From assembly GCF_009914755.1 (NCBI RefSeq), contig NC_060946.1: a stretch of 64,000 bases of DNA. The stretch is one strand, 5' to 3'. Shown in pieces: positions 49,940 to 64,000 of this stretch. The translations under genes and the position numbers were made by a program. Below the pieces are notes generated by a model. The model worked only from the letters and a program-made list of their open reading frames with translations. It ran no database searches and was not told the origin of the DNA. The DNA comes from the human T2T-CHM13v2.0 reference genome, Homo sapiens. Each line of letters begins with the position of its first letter. The first letter of the stretch is position 1.

Positions 49940-52239
49940 TTAATTACTACATATAACAGACCACAGGAAATTCACAGGAGAAATCCATGCTTGGCTTTTT
50001 GCACTCCTGGGAATATCTCTCTTCTTGTCTTCTTCCACGGTAAATGGATATCTTAATGGTAAGAGAGATGTTTACCATGATGACTGATGATTCTGTGACC
50101 GAAGGCTCACTGGAGAGGGTCCTGCTCTCTTATCTTTGTTCCTTCAATGCAACTTCATCAGTGTTGGTTACTCTGGAGGGCTTAGATTTGGATGAGTCTC
50201 AGAGGAAAAAAATGGGTGGGTTACAACCTGTACTGTACTCTGAGTGGGGTGGTCTCCATTAAGCCTCACCACCCCCTCTCAGGCTCACCCAGCTCTTCAA
50301 CCATTTCTTTTCCTGCCTAGAAGCGCTTCTAACCCCAGCCTCTCTGTGCAGAGAGATGCCATCTTCCTAGGCCTCTCACATTGCTTGCCACTCATTCTTT
50401 TTTTTTTTTTTTTTCTTATTTTGGCCAAGGAAAAGCATGCAAACCCTTTTTGTCTTAAAGGTTTTAATGAAACTGACTCTATGCTGGTGTACTGAACCAC
50501 AAAGGGACAACAAAAATACAGGAGATGTTACATGGTTTCTAGAATCTTAACAAATACTTAACAGTCTTATATTCTAGTCTTTGGTTTCCAATTTATTTGC
50601 AGATATAAAAGGGAAGTTATGCTGGGATTTTTCTGCCCTTCTTTTTATCCTAAAAGTTGGAAGCTTGCCTACCCTTTCTTTCCTTCATTACCGGCCTATG
50701 GCTAGAGCCATGTGGCTGCCTTTCTTCATGAAGTTCCCTCTTAGTAAGTGAGCATGTGATCCTGCCAGAACAAAGGGTGTACTCTGTTACACATGGGCAA
50801 GTAATTTTTCTAAGGGCCTCCTGGCTAGGGAATAACAATGAGGGGATGCTGTCCCTCCTGGAGTAAGGGCATTTCTTTACGAAATGTGTTCTATGTCTGT
50901 GCACTTCAGAACACTTTTATTAATATTTTATAGATATGAGTGATTTTCTACCCTATTTTCTTTGCCTGTGAAATAGCAGTTCTTGATCAAAATGACTGAG
51001 GAAACTTTTTTAAACGGTGCTTGCAAATGGCATATTTGCAAAAAAAAAAAAAAAAAGCCCCATATTGTTTTAAGTTGCTTTTATCATTTCACAGATGTTC
51101 TAACAAAAAGACTTAGAAAATAGAGAGGAAATAAATACTTAGAAATTTACTTTTCTGTTTCTTTTTTTCTGAGTGGTAGAGAGCAGAAACAATTCCACAC
51201 AAGTCACAATGCTGCAGCAGTGTGCTTCTGGCAGAAGCAGCAATGAAGTCAACAAAGAGCATGTCACTTGGTTGTGTACTGGCCTCAGGTTCCTACTTTG
51301 TGAGCCTCTTTGGGGCTGAGGTTAGGACTTCATGTCAGCACATTGTACAAGGAACTTTCTACTGCTTCCACCTCCACCCATACCCTATCCCCCAAATCTT
51401 TTCTTCCTCCTTTGCTGCAGGCCTAGAGACTCAGCCTCTTTCCTCTACTTCAGTAGTTGGCCCTCCCCACCTTATTCTTTGTGGGTTCTTCTCCACCACC
51501 TGGCTAGGGAGGACACAACCCACTCCCACCCAGAAATCTTTGTTACCCTCAAAGCGAAACATGCAGGCTCTTTGACTATGGAGCTAGTGTAGCTTAGAAT
51601 CAGATACACTTTGTTCAGAACTGCACTGCCCTTTACTAGCTCAGAGAGCTTTAGCAACTTAACTTCGCTGAGCCTTGGTTTTCCAGACATTTTTAGGCCC
51701 AAGCAGCAAGCCAGGAAAGAGAATTTTCAAACCCAGCCATGAGCCCCTGTCAAATATGTAAACCATAAATAATTCACTAGATAATTCCAAATAGTAGATC
51801 TGGTTGGAGGCAATGAGCCTTTGAACACTGCATAGGATGGATTTATAAGTCTCAGGGCAGGCACAACACCCCAGGCGTCGCTGTTCTCAGGAACTTCTGG
51901 TTTATGGCAACTCCAAATGATAGCCCTGGCATCTTCTGCTTCTGGTTCTTCATTTCTCTAAATGCCAGGGAGACATAGGAGCTGCTTACTAAAGCTCTCT
52001 GAACATAAGGAAGGGAATATTTGGGCATTTCCCCTCTGGGGTGTGGGAGAAAGAGGGAAAGACTATTACATTGGCTCTTTCCTGGCATCCTCCAGTTACC
52101 AGGCAGTGCTGTCAGGCTGGGACTCTCCGTGATGGGTGTCCTGGAAGTCCGTATCTCTAGAAAGGATGTAATTTATGAAGCACACATCATTGCCTCTGAA
52201 ACTAGAGAGGCAGCTTGCTATATACTATAAGAATGGAAT

Positions 52240-52420
52240 AGGATTTAGCATCAGAGGCCCTGGCTATGTAACACTAATAAGTATTTTACTTCTTCACTCC
52301 TGTTTTCTTTATTTGTAAAATGTTGCTAATGACAATACTGTACATACTTCACAGGGCTGAGATGGCATCAGATGAAGCAGTGCATGTGAGTGCCTTCAGT
52401 AAACTATAGAGTGCTCTGTG
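52240..52420 (+). mobile_element. MIR
   Basis: tttgtaaaatg..acttcacagggctg. Confidence 0.55.
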
Positions 52421-53539
52421 AATGCATCACTAAGGTGTGGATGGATGTTTTATGATTGCAAGACGGCTAGGCTGAGTTCTGCTACCAAGCAGAAGCTAGT
52501 AATGGCAACTGAAAACATCAATCATTATGACCAAACACCTATATTGCTGTCAGTTGCTACAGGAAATAAAGTCCGGTATTTTACAGCCCCTGGGCAAATA
52601 ACATGTGATGATACTTATCAGCTAAGTGAATCACAAATTAATCACTTGTCTTTGTTCCTGTTCCTGTAGAATAAGCTTAGATCTGAAACGTGGTTTCAGG
52701 CTGTTAATGAGAATCTGAAGACCCACTATCTATGGGGAATCACAGGCTCCACCTCAAGCAGATGCTGCATTTGCCACTAAGGTTCATGCTGCCTTTGTAT
52801 ATTAATCTCTTTGAGATTTCTGTGCTAAAATAGCAGCAGCTGCTTCCCACAGTGGAAATACTCTGGAACATCTGTATTTGAATACTAAAATGCATACAAA
52901 CAGTTATGCTAACAAACTATCTAGTTGGAATAAGACAACACTTTTCTCTTTCTACAAGATATAAATTACTCATGTTCTTGCCAAAATATAATTTCCAGCT
53001 GCAGATTTAGGCGCATAAGAGTCAGTCACCTCTTGCTCTGTGACCTGAATATTTGCAGAAGAATTGCATCTGACAAGTTAGATTCATGGGACATAAAACC
53101 AGAGTAAGAAATTTGTTCATATTTCTTCAAACCACCTTTTAAAGGTTTTTAGTTTGAGAAATAAAGTTTAAACTACCCAAACTATAACCACATCGATGAC
53201 ACTACCATTAAATATTATGCTGAAGATTTAAACACGTTTTCCTTCCATCTAGCATGTTTTTCCCTTACCATATGTATTTATCATAAGGGTTATATTTTGT
53301 GGGAGGATTACATGCTTACAGTGTTATACACAGAATATTCAATATAATTGCTGATTGATTCACTACATGTCATTGGAAAAATGGGAAATGTACCTGCGGC
53401 TAGTACCAGAAATATTGCATTTCTCTTTTACTGCTCAAATCTACATGCTCCATGTATTCTCTGCCAGTTCAGCGCCCATAAACCAAAGTCCTAGATTAAC
53501 TACCCACAACCCAATAGGAAGAAATACATAGAAGAATAA

Positions 53540-53740
53540 GGATAGACTCTGGAATCAGGCACACACTGATTCAAATAACACACTGTGATAACACACATTT
53601 GTAACATCTTTGAGACTTAGTTTCCTCATCTGTGAAATGGGAATATTAATATCTCACAGAGCCTTCATGAGTACTAAATAATACAGTATTTATAATGACC
53701 CTGGTTCAGAACTCAGCAATAAGATGCTCAAAAATTTTAG
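53540..53740 (+). mobile_element. MIR
   Basis: agactctggaatcag..agtttcctcatctgtgaaatggga. Confidence 0.7.
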
Positions 53741-53994
53741 ATTTTAGTTTTTCTTCCTATCCCAACCAAGATAATACGCACTTAGCTTTTATTCATTTCA
53801 AAGATGTGATAGAAGATAACCAGAAAATAAACCATAAGGTTATGTCACCACAACTAAAAAGACAACACAAGAAGTTTGCCCCAGTGATGGTCAAAAATGT
53901 CATCAACTTCGTACACTGAAGACCAGCATATGATTCATACTGCTCTTCTGCAAATATATGCATAAGAAAATTCACCCTTGTAGCGCAGCACCAC

Positions 53995-54147
53995 TGGTGG
54001 GCACCTGTAATCCCAGTTACTTGGGTGGCTGAGGCAGGAAGACTGTTTGAGCCCAGGAGTTTGAGGCTACAGGGAGCTATGATCACGCCACTGCACTCCA
54101 GCCTGGATGACACAGCGAAACCCCATATCTTAAGAAAAAGAAAAACT
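53995..54147 (+). mobile_element. FRAM or 5'-truncated AluJ right arm
   Basis: TSD aagaaaat(t/c)caccctt near 53964 and 54148. Confidence 0.85.
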
Positions 54148-54359
54148 AAGAAAAATCCACCCTTTACTTAGGACATTTTGGAATCCAACACATATCCAAC
54201 ATATAATTCAACACAGGTACAATTAGGTGTATATCCAACACATAATCTTGGTAAATACACTTCACTTCAAGCAGTGAAAGTTTAGGCCGGCATTGGAGTG
54301 TTTGGGGTCTGTTGGTTGGTTCCTTTGTTCATTCATTCTTGCATTCAAGAAAATTGTTT

Positions 54360-56148
<1,789 letters not shown>

Positions 56149-56149
56149 T

Positions 56150-57587
56150 GAGAATTCTCCAGACTCACATAAATATAATAACTAATCTTTGACAGGGTAC
56201 AAAGGTAGTTACATGGAGAAAGGATAGTCTTTTCAACAAATGGTGCTAGAACAACTAGACATCACATACAAAAAAATGAATATAGACACAGACCTTACAC
56301 ATTTAACAAAAATTAACTGGAAATGGATCAGACCTAAATGTAAACTGCAAAGCTACAAAATTCCAAGACAACATCAGAGAAAATCTACATGACCTTTATA
56401 TATAAGACCAAAAATATGTTCAATGAAAGAAAAAATTAAGTTGAACTTCATTAATATTTAAAACTGTGTTATGCAAAAGATACTGTTAGGAGAATGAAAA
56501 GTCAAGTCACAGACGGCGAGAAAACATTTGCAAAACACATAAATGATAAAAGACTTATATCAAAAATATAAAAGCTCAACAAGAAAACAAACAATTAAAA
56601 AATAACAAAATATCTGAAGAGACAGCTCATTAGAGAAGATATGCAGATGGCAAGGAAGTATACGGAAAGATGTTCAACATCATATGTCATTAGGGAATGG
56701 CAAACTAAAACAACAATGAGATACCACTACATACGTATTAGAACAGCTAAAATCCAAAAGAACTGACAATATCAAATGCTGACAAGAACATGGAACAATA
56801 GAAACTCTCATTCATAGTCGGAAGGAATGAAAAATGATACAGCCACTTTGGAAGACAGTTGGGCAATTTCTTAGAAAACTCAACATGGTCTTACCATGTG
56901 TTCCAGCAACTGTGCTCCCATGTATTAACTCAAATGAGTTGAACACATGTCCACACGAAAACCTGTGCATGACTGTTTATAACAGTTTTATTCATAATTG
57001 CTAAAAACTGGAAGCAAATAAGATGTCTTTCAAAAGGTGAATGGAGAAATAAACTGTGGGATATCCATACAATGGAATATTATTCAGGGCTAAAAACAAT
57101 GGTCTATCAAGCTGTGAAAAGACATGAAAGAAATTTTAAATGTATACTGCTTAGTCAAAGAGGCTTGTCTAAAAAGGCAACATATTGTATGATTTCAACT
57201 ATATTACATTCTGAAAAAGTCAAATGTATAGAGAGAATAAAAAGTTCAGCAGTTGCAAGGGAGTTGGGGGAGTGGAGGACAGATGGAGCACAGGGGATTT
57301 TTAGGGCAATGAAACTATTCTGCATGATAATACTGGACACATGACATTATAAATTTGTCAAAACCCACAGAACTGTACAATACAAAGAGTGAACCCTAAT
57401 GTAAATATTGAACTTTAGTTAATAATTATATATCAATATTGGTTCATCAGTTGTAATAATGTACCATACTAATGCAGGATATCAATAACAGGAGAAAACG
57501 ACTGGGGGAGAGAGAAAGGGTATGTGGAAACTCTATACTATTTGTTTAATTTTCTGTAAACCTAAAACTGCTAGAAGAAAAGTATAT
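56150..57587 (+). mobile_element. L1MC1/2-like 3' fragment
   Basis: A second ORF2 C-terminal remnant and L1MC 3'UTR (..ttttctgtaaacctaaaactgct..). Confidence 0.8.
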
Positions 57588-57588
57588 C

Positions 57589-57916
57589 GGGCCGGGCACG
57601 GTGGCACATGCCTGTAATCCCAGCACTTTGGGAGGCCGTGGTGGACAGATCACCTGAGGTCAGGAGTTCGAGACTAGCCTGCCTAACATGGTGAAACGCC
57701 GTCTCTACTAATAAATACAAAAAAAAAAAAAAAAAATTAGCCAAGCCTAGTGGCACATGCCTGTAATCCCAGCTACTCAGGAGGCTGAAGCAGAATAATC
57801 ACTTGAATCTGGGAGGCGGAGGTTGCAGTGAGCCGAGATGGCACCATTGCAAACCAGCCTGGGCAACAAGAGTGAAACTCTGTCGAGGGAGAGGAACGGG
57901 GGAGGGGAGGGGGAGG
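57589..57916 (+). mobile_element. AluSq/Sp with G-rich tract in place of the poly(A) tail
   Basis: Dimer to ..gaaactctgtc, then GAGGGAGAGGAACGGGGGAGGGGAGGGGGAGG. Confidence 0.9.
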
Positions 57917-58564
57917 TAATTTGAAAATATATAAATTGGAGTTTTCCTCCTTGGGGGAATGGCTAATTCTAGGAAATGGAAACAGCATGAGCAAAGACAC
58001 AAAGTATGTCGGAGTGTGTTATGATTGGAGAATAAGAAGGCATTTATACCTGGGAGCAGGGGTAGTGGCTGGAGAGGAGTTTGTAAAGGTAAGTTTAGAT
58101 GAATTCTGTCTGTCCACCAGTTTGTAAAATCTAAAGCATTTTTCATATATGTTGTTTCATTGATCATTATAATAAACCTTTTAAGTGTACGTTATTATTA
58201 CACCCATTGGTGAGATAAGGCTAGACTCAAAGAGGCAAAGACTCAAAGAGATAAAGTGGCATATCCAAAAGTACACAATTAATAACACCACCAGGGTTCA
58301 GATCCACATATGTGAGACTCTAGCCCTTCTGCTCTTTTGACTACATAGTTTAGCCTCTATTGATGAATTTGCAATCCCCACAGATGGGGAATGGGAACCA
58401 CAAAAGGTTTAAGTGGGGAAGCGACATGACCATTTGTACTTTCACATATTTCCATGGAGTAGACGAAAACTAGGAAGATCTGTAACAAGAACAACAAAAT
58501 ACTGTATAAAATAATGACTAATTAGAATACAATTGGGTCTATTTTAAGCACTAATGGTACTTAG

Positions 58565-58878
<314 letters not shown>

Positions 58879-58889
58879 TAGGGCGGTTT

Positions 58890-59238
58890 TTAAGGCCATT
58901 CACAAATGCTGACTTCTCTCTGTCCAGGCAGGTAAGATTGCACATTGCTGCCTGCATGAAGTCAGGTGTGGGCGGCTATGTGACCTGCTGTGGCTAATAA
59001 ATAGGATCACTTCCAGGTAAAGCTTTAGAAATCAATGCATGTGTCACCACATTCTCTTTGCTACAGACTGTTCCAACAGAGTTGGTCTTCAAGGGAGAAT
59101 CATGGCAATGTGGAATAGATCCCTGGCTGATCTGTAATGAATATACAGTGGGCACAACAAATAAATCCTTGTTGTTTTAAGCTACTAAAATATTGAGATT
59201 GTTATTACAGTATATCCTGGCCAATCCTGACCAATACA
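58890..59238 (+). mobile_element. MLT1H/I/J-like LTR
   Basis: tgaagtcaggtgtgg..atgtgac..tcacttccagg..aaataaatccttgttgttttaagc..ctgaccaataca. Confidence 0.65.
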
Positions 59239-61226
59239 ATACTGAGCATAAATTAATAATTTCATGCTCCAGTTATCATAGTTATAGTTGACACTATCTA
59301 GTGATTCTATATGTACCAATTAACACAGGTTTCTGGATGATAAAATTTTGCACATTTTTATAGAAAAAACAAATTTAAGAATACCGTTCTAAAATCAGAG
59401 ATTTAGCTAATCTTTAAAAACTTGTATTTATTAACAAAGGTCTGCCTGGTAGTAATTTATCTTTGCATAATTAAAAGAAAACCCCCTGATTGCAGGGTTT
59501 TCATGGGGAATCAATAGCTACTCAAAAATAAACCTGTAGAAACAGAAAACTGAATCATGTTCTTGGAGTTTAGTCTTAAATGATATATACTCTCTATTTA
59601 ATGAGTGTATTGCTGCCTGAAAATCTACCCTTAATCAGCAACTGAGCTGATGAAATAATTGTATATAAAAGGTTAAATAATGTTCATAAACTTTGAGTTG
59701 CTTACTCAATAGTCACACAAAATTAATTGCACCACAATAACCAAATAAATTTTATAATCTATATTGTTGAAGACATTGGCCATGATATCACCCAATATCA
59801 TCTTTACAAGGATGATGGAAAAATTTTTTCAGATCTCAGTGCTTCCACCGAGCAGCTACTGTGATTTTATCTTAAGAAAAATGTGAATCTTTGAAGCGAT
59901 CACGTTTACTTCTTTGTCGGGGCCACCAGTAAGCTTGTGACCAGATGCAGAGCCTCCCTTTAACAACCAGATAGAATCCCAAAATATGTACATAGTCTGC
60001 CCTAGTTTCAGCCCATCATTTGATCCTAATCCCTTCATTATTCTGATCTCTCCCATTTTAGGATTTGCTCCCACCGATTCTTCTTGGATCAAAGTGGACC
60101 AATCAATGAAATACACACAAAAAGCACAATTAAATATTAAGAATCTTGGTAGGGAAAAAACTTCCTGAGTGGGATCTCTAAGAACTGTGAACTCACATCC
60201 ATGGCCTACAAAGAAGAGGCTTAAATACCACATAAACAGGGAAATTTTTAATTACATGGTCTTTAATGGTCTTAAATTATTTCCTTACTGTATGTGCTCA
60301 ATAGCTGGTGTCGGATTTACTACCATCAATCTAACCAGTTTGTTCCAATGCCTAAGCCTAGGGTTGGAGGGATATTTTGCAATCCTTACTGAAAAGAAAA
60401 CAGTGATTTGTACATATCTAAATTCTTTTCTACCTTAATAGTGGGAATAGTTGGTTTTATTCTATTACTCTAAGCTTAGAGAGCTGTTAGTGATAGTTAC
60501 AGCTTCTCCATGGTAACCTGTCAGCCTTTTCCAATGCTGTGGGACCAGAGGAGCTTTCATAATAATTATTTTTATCAAAATTATATTAGGGTTGGAAGAA
60601 CAATATGTCAGAAAGATCTATTACCTAGACCTAAGAGTTACTATCACAGGTGATAAATTATTTATAATGCACAGCATTAATACAGCAATGTTTTCAAATC
60701 AAGAATCTGTAAATGTCCTTTGCAGATGTAAATTAACAGATTAATAAGAAAACAAGCTTTCTGGTATGAGAAGCTGGAATGACAGATTAGCTATTAAGTG
60801 CAATTTATAGGTCATAAGATATGAAAGTTGGCAAGAAACACTACCTCTCCTGGCTCTATAAATAGTAAAACTGCATTTAGTTTCCCAGAGGTATCCTGTT
60901 AGACATTTTAATTACACCATAAAAACTGCCAGAATTTATAATGATTTCATTTTTTTTAAAACTTGATGCTCAATGTAAACTTGATGCAATACAACAGGCA
61001 TCTGTGCTATGTGTTATAATTGCCAACTTGCAGCCAATGAAGAATGCCTGCTACTTCCTCCTGAAGGACTATAAATGGTGAGGCTGATGAAAACATCAGA
61101 GGAAATAAATGTTACTCCTTGACACCTCCTCCAGGATACTTAAGGATTCTCCTATCTCACATGTTAACACCTTCCACTGTAGCCATGCTATCTATTTAGG
61201 AAGACGTTTACCAAAGACTGCCTTCT

Positions 61227-61330
61227 AGCTGGGCATGGGGAGGCCGAGGCTAGAAGGATTGCTTGAGCCCAGTGAGACCCTGTTTCTCAAAAACAAACAA
61301 ACAAACAAACAAAAAAAACTAGAAAACAAA
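61227..61330 (+). mobile_element. Heavily deleted Alu monomer with (CAAA)n tail
   Basis: gctgggcatgg..gaggccgagg..ttgcttgagccca..gtgagaccctg. Confidence 0.7.
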
Positions 61331-62472
61331 AAATGAACTCCATTCTATGTAGCTCTTTGGCCACAAAATGATGACCAAGTAAAGCTTCTAGAGACTTCAT
61401 AGTTCTATTAGGGAGAAACACTTGAGAACTTCTGGCTTCCATCCATGAAATATTAGAGAGTCGAGTTTGTTTGGGGTTAAATTCTCTCACTCACTTGAAA
61501 TAATTAGTTAGGATTATTTCTGGAAATTTATTTCCTACTCTCAGTCCCACCTACATTTTCATTTTTACTTGGGGGAAGTGGAGGGTGTGTAACCTAGCTT
61601 CATAAGCATTTTCAATGACACAATTCACTACAGTTTCCTATGGAATAATTTGACCTGGATTAGGAAACATATTCTATCACAATGCTATCCAATCAAAACT
61701 GTTCCAGTCCACACTTGCCAGCCAACCTGAATTTCGGTGGGCTATAAAACATTATTCTGTAGGGGGTTGGAATGTAGTCGATCACCCTTCAAAGACAGTA
61801 TTTACACCAAATCATAAAATCTGGCTTTGGCAGGGCAGGATATATTGAAGAAACTCAGAGAGAGAGAGATGGAAAACACACACATGTACAAGTGCACATA
61901 TGAGAGGCAGAGAAAATGTTTCTGGAAGGAAGAAACAAGAAATCTTTAAATTGGGTGGAAAGGGATCCTCAAGGATCCTGGAGATATTTTAGAGAATTAA
62001 GAAACAACTAAGAACTTCTGGCTTCCATCCATGAAAGAATATCATTACAGCCCCCCTGCTAAAAAAGGTAGCTCCTAATATAGGCTAAGATCTCCTGAAA
62101 TGCATGGCTTTTGAATGCTCAGGAACAAATGTCCCCCAGTCTCAGCTCTCTGTACTTTCACTAATTCTAGCAGGTTTAACCTCTATCCCCTGTTGAATGA
62201 TTCCAAACCCAGATTTCACAACAAACAAGAGACAGAGAATTTTACAGCTGGAAGAGGCCTTACAGATCACCTAATCCACAGATTTTCAAACTTTGTTTAA
62301 ACCAAATTACAAATACATGTGATCTGTATTATTAAAAGTATAGCTGTTTAGGTGAAGTTGGACTAGGATCTACTTTTCTCCTCAAGCAGCCCTTAAGGAA
62401 ATCTGGCACTCTGTAGGACTCTTCAGAGCAGAATTTGAAAACCACTTAGCAATAAACCCCTTCAATGTCTTT

Positions 62473-62776
62473 TTTTTTTTTTTTTAAATGTTGTAGAGAC
62501 TGAGTCTCGCTCTGTCACCCAGGCTGGAGTACAGGGATGTAATCATAACTCACTGCAGCCTCGAACTCTTGGGTTCAAGTGGTTCCCCCCACCTCAGCCT
62601 TCTGAGTAGCTGGGACTACAGACACACACCACTATGCCAAGCTAATATTTTTATTTTTGGTAGAGATGGGGTCTCACTACGTTGCCCAGGCTGGTCTCCA
62701 GTCTGGCCTCAAGCAATCCTCTCACCTTAGCCTCCTGAGTAGCCAAGATTTCAGGGGTGAGCTATCATGCTTGGCC
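62473..62776 (-). mobile_element. AluJ
   Basis: TSD TCAATGTCTTT at 62462-62472 and 62779-62789. Confidence 0.9.
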
Positions 62777-63434
62777 CCTCAATGTCTTTAGGTGTAGAAA
62801 CTAAGGACAAGAGAGTTCAACTATCTTGGCTGAAGGTCAGCCTACTAATGACCAGTGAAGGCAGGACCAGAGCCAGGTCTTCAGGACCCCAGCTGGTACC
62901 CTCCTCATTCTGCTTTGCTGACATTCTATCAGGCCATTTCCCTGTCACCTCAAATCAAGTCCTCATTGTCTTTGCCAAGTCTCTTCTACTCTTTTGGCTT
63001 CCATAACTAATATAAGAGGCAAGTGCTGTCACTATTTCTTCCAGTCAAAAGCTCAGCATTATCATTGCCTTTTTCCTGTTCTTTGACACATTCGTTTGGC
63101 AGCCATCCAAGACCAGCTTTATTAGACTCCTGAAATTATAATGATACTAGTTTTCATTTAATTATATTTATTTTAATGCCAATTATCTATATGCAGGATC
63201 TATTTAGAATTTCTGACAGTTTTACTTTAAATAATAATTAAAAAAATTAATTTAACAATGTTAACAGATGGTATTTTAATACATTTTAAAACATAGTACT
63301 ATGCTCTTTAAAATCCCAGCCAGCTATTAGTGGCAAATTCAATGGCAAACTTAGATAACTTCAATTAAACTTTAGTAACTTTTCTAACAACTACTGATTC
63401 TGTTCCCTGCATAATAATGGACTTAGCAACCATA

Positions 63435-63650
63435 AGGTAATACAGTGATTAAAACTGCCTAGGTTTGAATCCTGTGTCTACTGGCTACTTTCCCTTAATT
63501 AAGGAAGTTACTCTCTCTGTCTCTGTTTCCTTATCTATAAAATGGGGGTAATGATATCCACCTTATGGGCTTATTATGACCACACATTTAAAGAGCTTAG
63601 AATTGTGTCTGACACATAGCAAGTATTTAATCACTAGTAGCTATTATTAC
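63435..63650 (+). mobile_element. MIR
   Basis: ctgcctaggtttgaatcc..tttccttatctataaaatgggg..gcttagaa..gtctgacacatag. Confidence 0.75.
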
Positions 63651-64000
63651 AGATAGTAAATACCAATAAAACTGAGTACATTAAGCAATTTTAAAGTCAT
63701 ATATTTATATTAATCTGTTTTGTATATTTGTTTAACATTTAAATGTACCAAATTACTGCCCTCCTTCTTCCTCATTATATTAATAAAAAATCCTAGAAAT
63801 GTCATTTCCCTTGTGTGGCATTTGTCAGTGTTCCTTTGGCACAGAAATTATTTGGGCATGCAAGCGCATAAATATTCCTTTTGGAAATCCCCAAAGAAAG
63901 GAGTCATTATGCCCAGATCTTAAAACAGAACATAATATGTTCACTGAAGAAAAATTAAATTTTTAATTAAGATCCTAAGTTACATTTTTAAATTTTTTTT

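Overview
Primate, almost certainly human, genomic DNA: AT-rich, CpG-depleted and dense in Alu, L1, MIR, L2, MER and MLT repeats. The only convincing host coding sequence is one 508-nt minus-strand exon (42508-43015). It encodes four tandem 40-aa TPR units that I recognise as TTC28 (probably exon 6); the rest of the window appears intronic. The most notable structure is a near-full-length, ORF-disrupted L1PA3-5-type LINE-1 (43100-49331), inserted antisense to the gene only ~85 nt upstream of that exon's splice acceptor. It retains its 5'UTR (YY1 site, ORF0 ATG, antisense splice donors, ZNF93-bound segment), an antisense AATAAA in late ORF2, a 17-bp TSD and an apparent ~56-nt 3' transduction with its own AATAAA and second A-tail. 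This is the geometry expected for L1 'gene breaking' or antisense-promoter chimeric TTC28 transcripts. A second, 3'-truncated L1PA 5' end (12654-14208) lies in direct orientation on the other side of the exon. Other oddities are an interleaved Tigger3/L1MA mosaic, a perfect 26-bp direct repeat 586 bp apart, an orphan A23/T24 hairpin and several atypical Alus. Nearly all ORFs in the track are spurious repeat-derived frames. Repeat subfamily names and boundaries of old repeats come from memory of consensus sequences and are approximate. I see no evidence of a new multi-gene system; the candidate 'system' is L1-driven regulation of TTC28.
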